Source of the DNA: an uncultured Deinococcales bacterium
GTDB taxonomy: Bacteria; Deinococcota; Deinococci; Deinococcales; JAAFIG01
Direction: 5' to 3'
DNA length: 26,346 nucleotides
NCBI GenBank assembly: GCA_964244895.1
Contig: CAXTKV010000050.1
Location: forward strand, 1-26,346
Notes under the pieces: model-generated
Databases searched by the model: none
The model's input: the letters and a program-made list of their open reading frames with translations, nothing else
What the model was told of the DNA's origin: nothing
Translations under genes and position numbers: made by a program
Shown: positions 24,828 through 26,346 of the stretch, piece after piece
Position numbering within the stretch: the first letter of the stretch is position 1
Layout of the letters: every line of letters starts with the position of its first letter

Positions 24828-25149
24828 GCGGCACTTAGGGAATTGCCGTAGCCTCTACCCATTGAGGTCTGGAGGGCTAAGAGTCACCGAACTGTAAAAC
24901 ACAAGTATCTTCATAGTCCTGATTGGTGCCGTGCTAAACGCCGTTTCCAACTTAAGGGACTTCCCGTGAAACGCCACTTGCGCACTCCGACACGGTTTTC
25001 CCCACTTCCACGCACCGTTCGAGTTCGCTTGATCCAATCAATGCCCACTTAGCAACGGTTTGTCCTCGTTCGATTCCCGCTGTGAACCGGGCCGAACACG
25101 CCCTAGTTCTCGAGGGCAGCTGGCTGTCTATTCTCAAGTGGAGGTTGCA

Positions 25150-25629
25150 GTGAACACAACGCGATTTGCTCGGTACGCTCGAGGTTTCATCGCCGGGACG
25201 AAGAGCGTCAGCGATATGTTCGCGGATCTGTCCGAAGGCATCGAGGTGTGGGCCACCGAACTCGAGGAGGGCGGATTCTGGCACCAGTGGGACCAGGACG
25301 CGTACTGCAACCGCAAGCGGTTTGCCAATTCAGGGTGTACGCGTTTCCAGGATGGCGACGGCTTCAAACGCCAGGTCATCAACTTCTTGACCACGCATCC
25401 AGGCGCTTTGCGCCGACAGGTCACCGCGAGCACGGGCATCAGCCGTCAATACCTCAATGGCGTGCTGAAGGAATTGGCGGCGAAGCAGGTGTTGCGCGTG
25501 GAGCAAAACCTGCTTTATCTCGACGCGGAGGCGGTAAATCCGTGGCAACCCACACCGCCGCGACCCGTCGCACGACGGATCGTATACGAACCACCGCTGA
25601 CGCTCGAGCTTGAATTCTGTGCGGGGTGA
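25150..25629 (+). CDS. Winged helix-turn-helix domain protein
   Basis: GGAGG RBS before GTG 25150. VINFLTTHPGA.RRQV...TGISRQYLNGVLKEL.AKQVL wHTH pattern. Confidence 0.7.
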   Translation: MNTTRFARYARGFIAGTKSVSDMFADLSEGIEVWATELEEGGFWHQWDQDAYCNRKRFANSGCTRFQDGDGFKRQVINFLTTHPGALRRQVTASTGISRQYLNGVLKELAAKQVLRVEQNLLYLDAEAVNPWQPTPPRPVARRIVYEPPLTLELEFCAG

Positions 25630-25634
25630 CGCGT

Positions 25635-26346
25635 ATGGCCACCAGTACGGATTTTGCGGCGATTCGCTCGGAGATCAAAGCGCGGATTGACTTGCGCGAA
25701 ATCATCGCGGACGACCTCGGCGTGCCGCTTCGGGGTGATCCCATGACCGCGCTCTGCCCCTTTCACCGAGAACGAACCCCGTCCTTCAAGGTGTATCGGG
25801 ATCACTTCTACTGCTTCGGTTGCGAGGCGAGCGGCGACATCTTCACGTGGTTGCAGTCCGACGTGCATTGCTTTGACGCGAAGGGAGCGTTTCACGAGGC
25901 GTTGCGGTTGGCTGGCCTGTCGCTGCAACCCCAACAGCTCCAGCACACGACCCGCCCGAAGGTTCCCACGGCCCCACCCGTCACGGCCGCTCAACTCGAA
26001 GCCTGGATGGAACCCTTCGTCGAAGCCGGTTGGAGGGCTTTGAGCGCACCGCGCACCGCTGCCGCCAAGCGTGCGGCGGCGTACCTCGAGACTCGAGGAT
26101 TGTCCGCCGCCGTTCCAGCGTTGCATTTCGGCGTCGCCGAGTACGACATGATTGAAGCGGCCCTTGCGAACAGTGCGCCGCAACGGATCAAGGGCTGGTA
26201 CGGTCGCGTCATTCTGCCCTTTTACTGGTCGGCCAGACTCGCGTGGTTCAAGGTGCGCCACGTCGGCGGCGAGACCGCCGCCGAGCTGAAACCCAAACAC
26301 GTGCTGCGCTCCGACGGCCCCAACGTAGGACATCACGTGTTCCCCC
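25635..26346 (+). CDS. CHC2 zinc-finger DNA primase (DnaG-like, mobile-element type; 3' partial)
   Basis: Translated by hand; absent from the ORF track because it has no stop in the window: MATSTDFAAIRSEIKARIDLREII...ALCPFHRERTPSFKVYRDHFYCFGCEASGDIF...AAYLETRGL...GRVILPF. Confidence 0.88.
   Translation, partial: MATSTDFAAIRSEIKARIDLREIIADDLGVPLRGDPMTALCPFHRERTPSFKVYRDHFYCFGCEASGDIFTWLQSDVHCFDAKGAFHEALRLAGLSLQPQQLQHTTRPKVPTAPPVTAAQLEAWMEPFVEAGWRALSAPRTAAAKRAAAYLETRGLSAAVPALHFGVAEYDMIEAALANSAPQRIKGWYGRVILPFYWSARLAWFKVRHVGGETAAELKPKHVLRSDGPNVGHHVFP

Noticed and set aside
24930..25060. Short repeats (AAACGCC x2, CCACTT x3, ACGGTTT x2) as iterons or oriT
   Set aside because: Too short and irregularly spaced to support a call.
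25515..26336. 273-aa minus-strand ORF
   Set aside because: Antisense to the clear CHC2 primase on the plus strand.

Overview
GC-rich window that looks like part of a mobile element (plasmid or ICE); a Deinococcota-like host is only a guess. It has four blocks. (1) 1-9.8 kb, defence island: the 3' end of a BREX type 1 locus (pglZ partial, brxL, and brxA inverted downstream), a CoiA-like nuclease plus an unknown ORF, and a complete three-gene Lamassu/ABC-three-component system with a Cap4-like nuclease effector. (2) 10.1-21.6 kb, a fully co-oriented block resembling a conjugative leading region: orphan N6-adenine methyltransferase, SNF2-like helicase, DUF3846 protein, a PRTRC ubiquitin-like operon (E, C, F, B, ThiF; no JAB protein A), a Phd/VapC toxin-antitoxin pair and several unknown ORFs. 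It is punctuated by recurrent GTCAAG...CTTGAC hairpins and strongly enriched in CTCGAG. (3) 21.9-24.8 kb, a lower-GC four-gene operon: a small secreted CxxxC peptide, a thioredoxin, a TPR-like protein and a coiled-coil protein, preceded by 11-bp-phased direct repeats. This is the best candidate for an undescribed system (redox-linked peptide signalling). (4) 25.1 kb to end, a divergent wHTH protein and a CHC2 zinc-finger DNA primase (partial). All family calls come from motif recognition by eye; no database searches were run.
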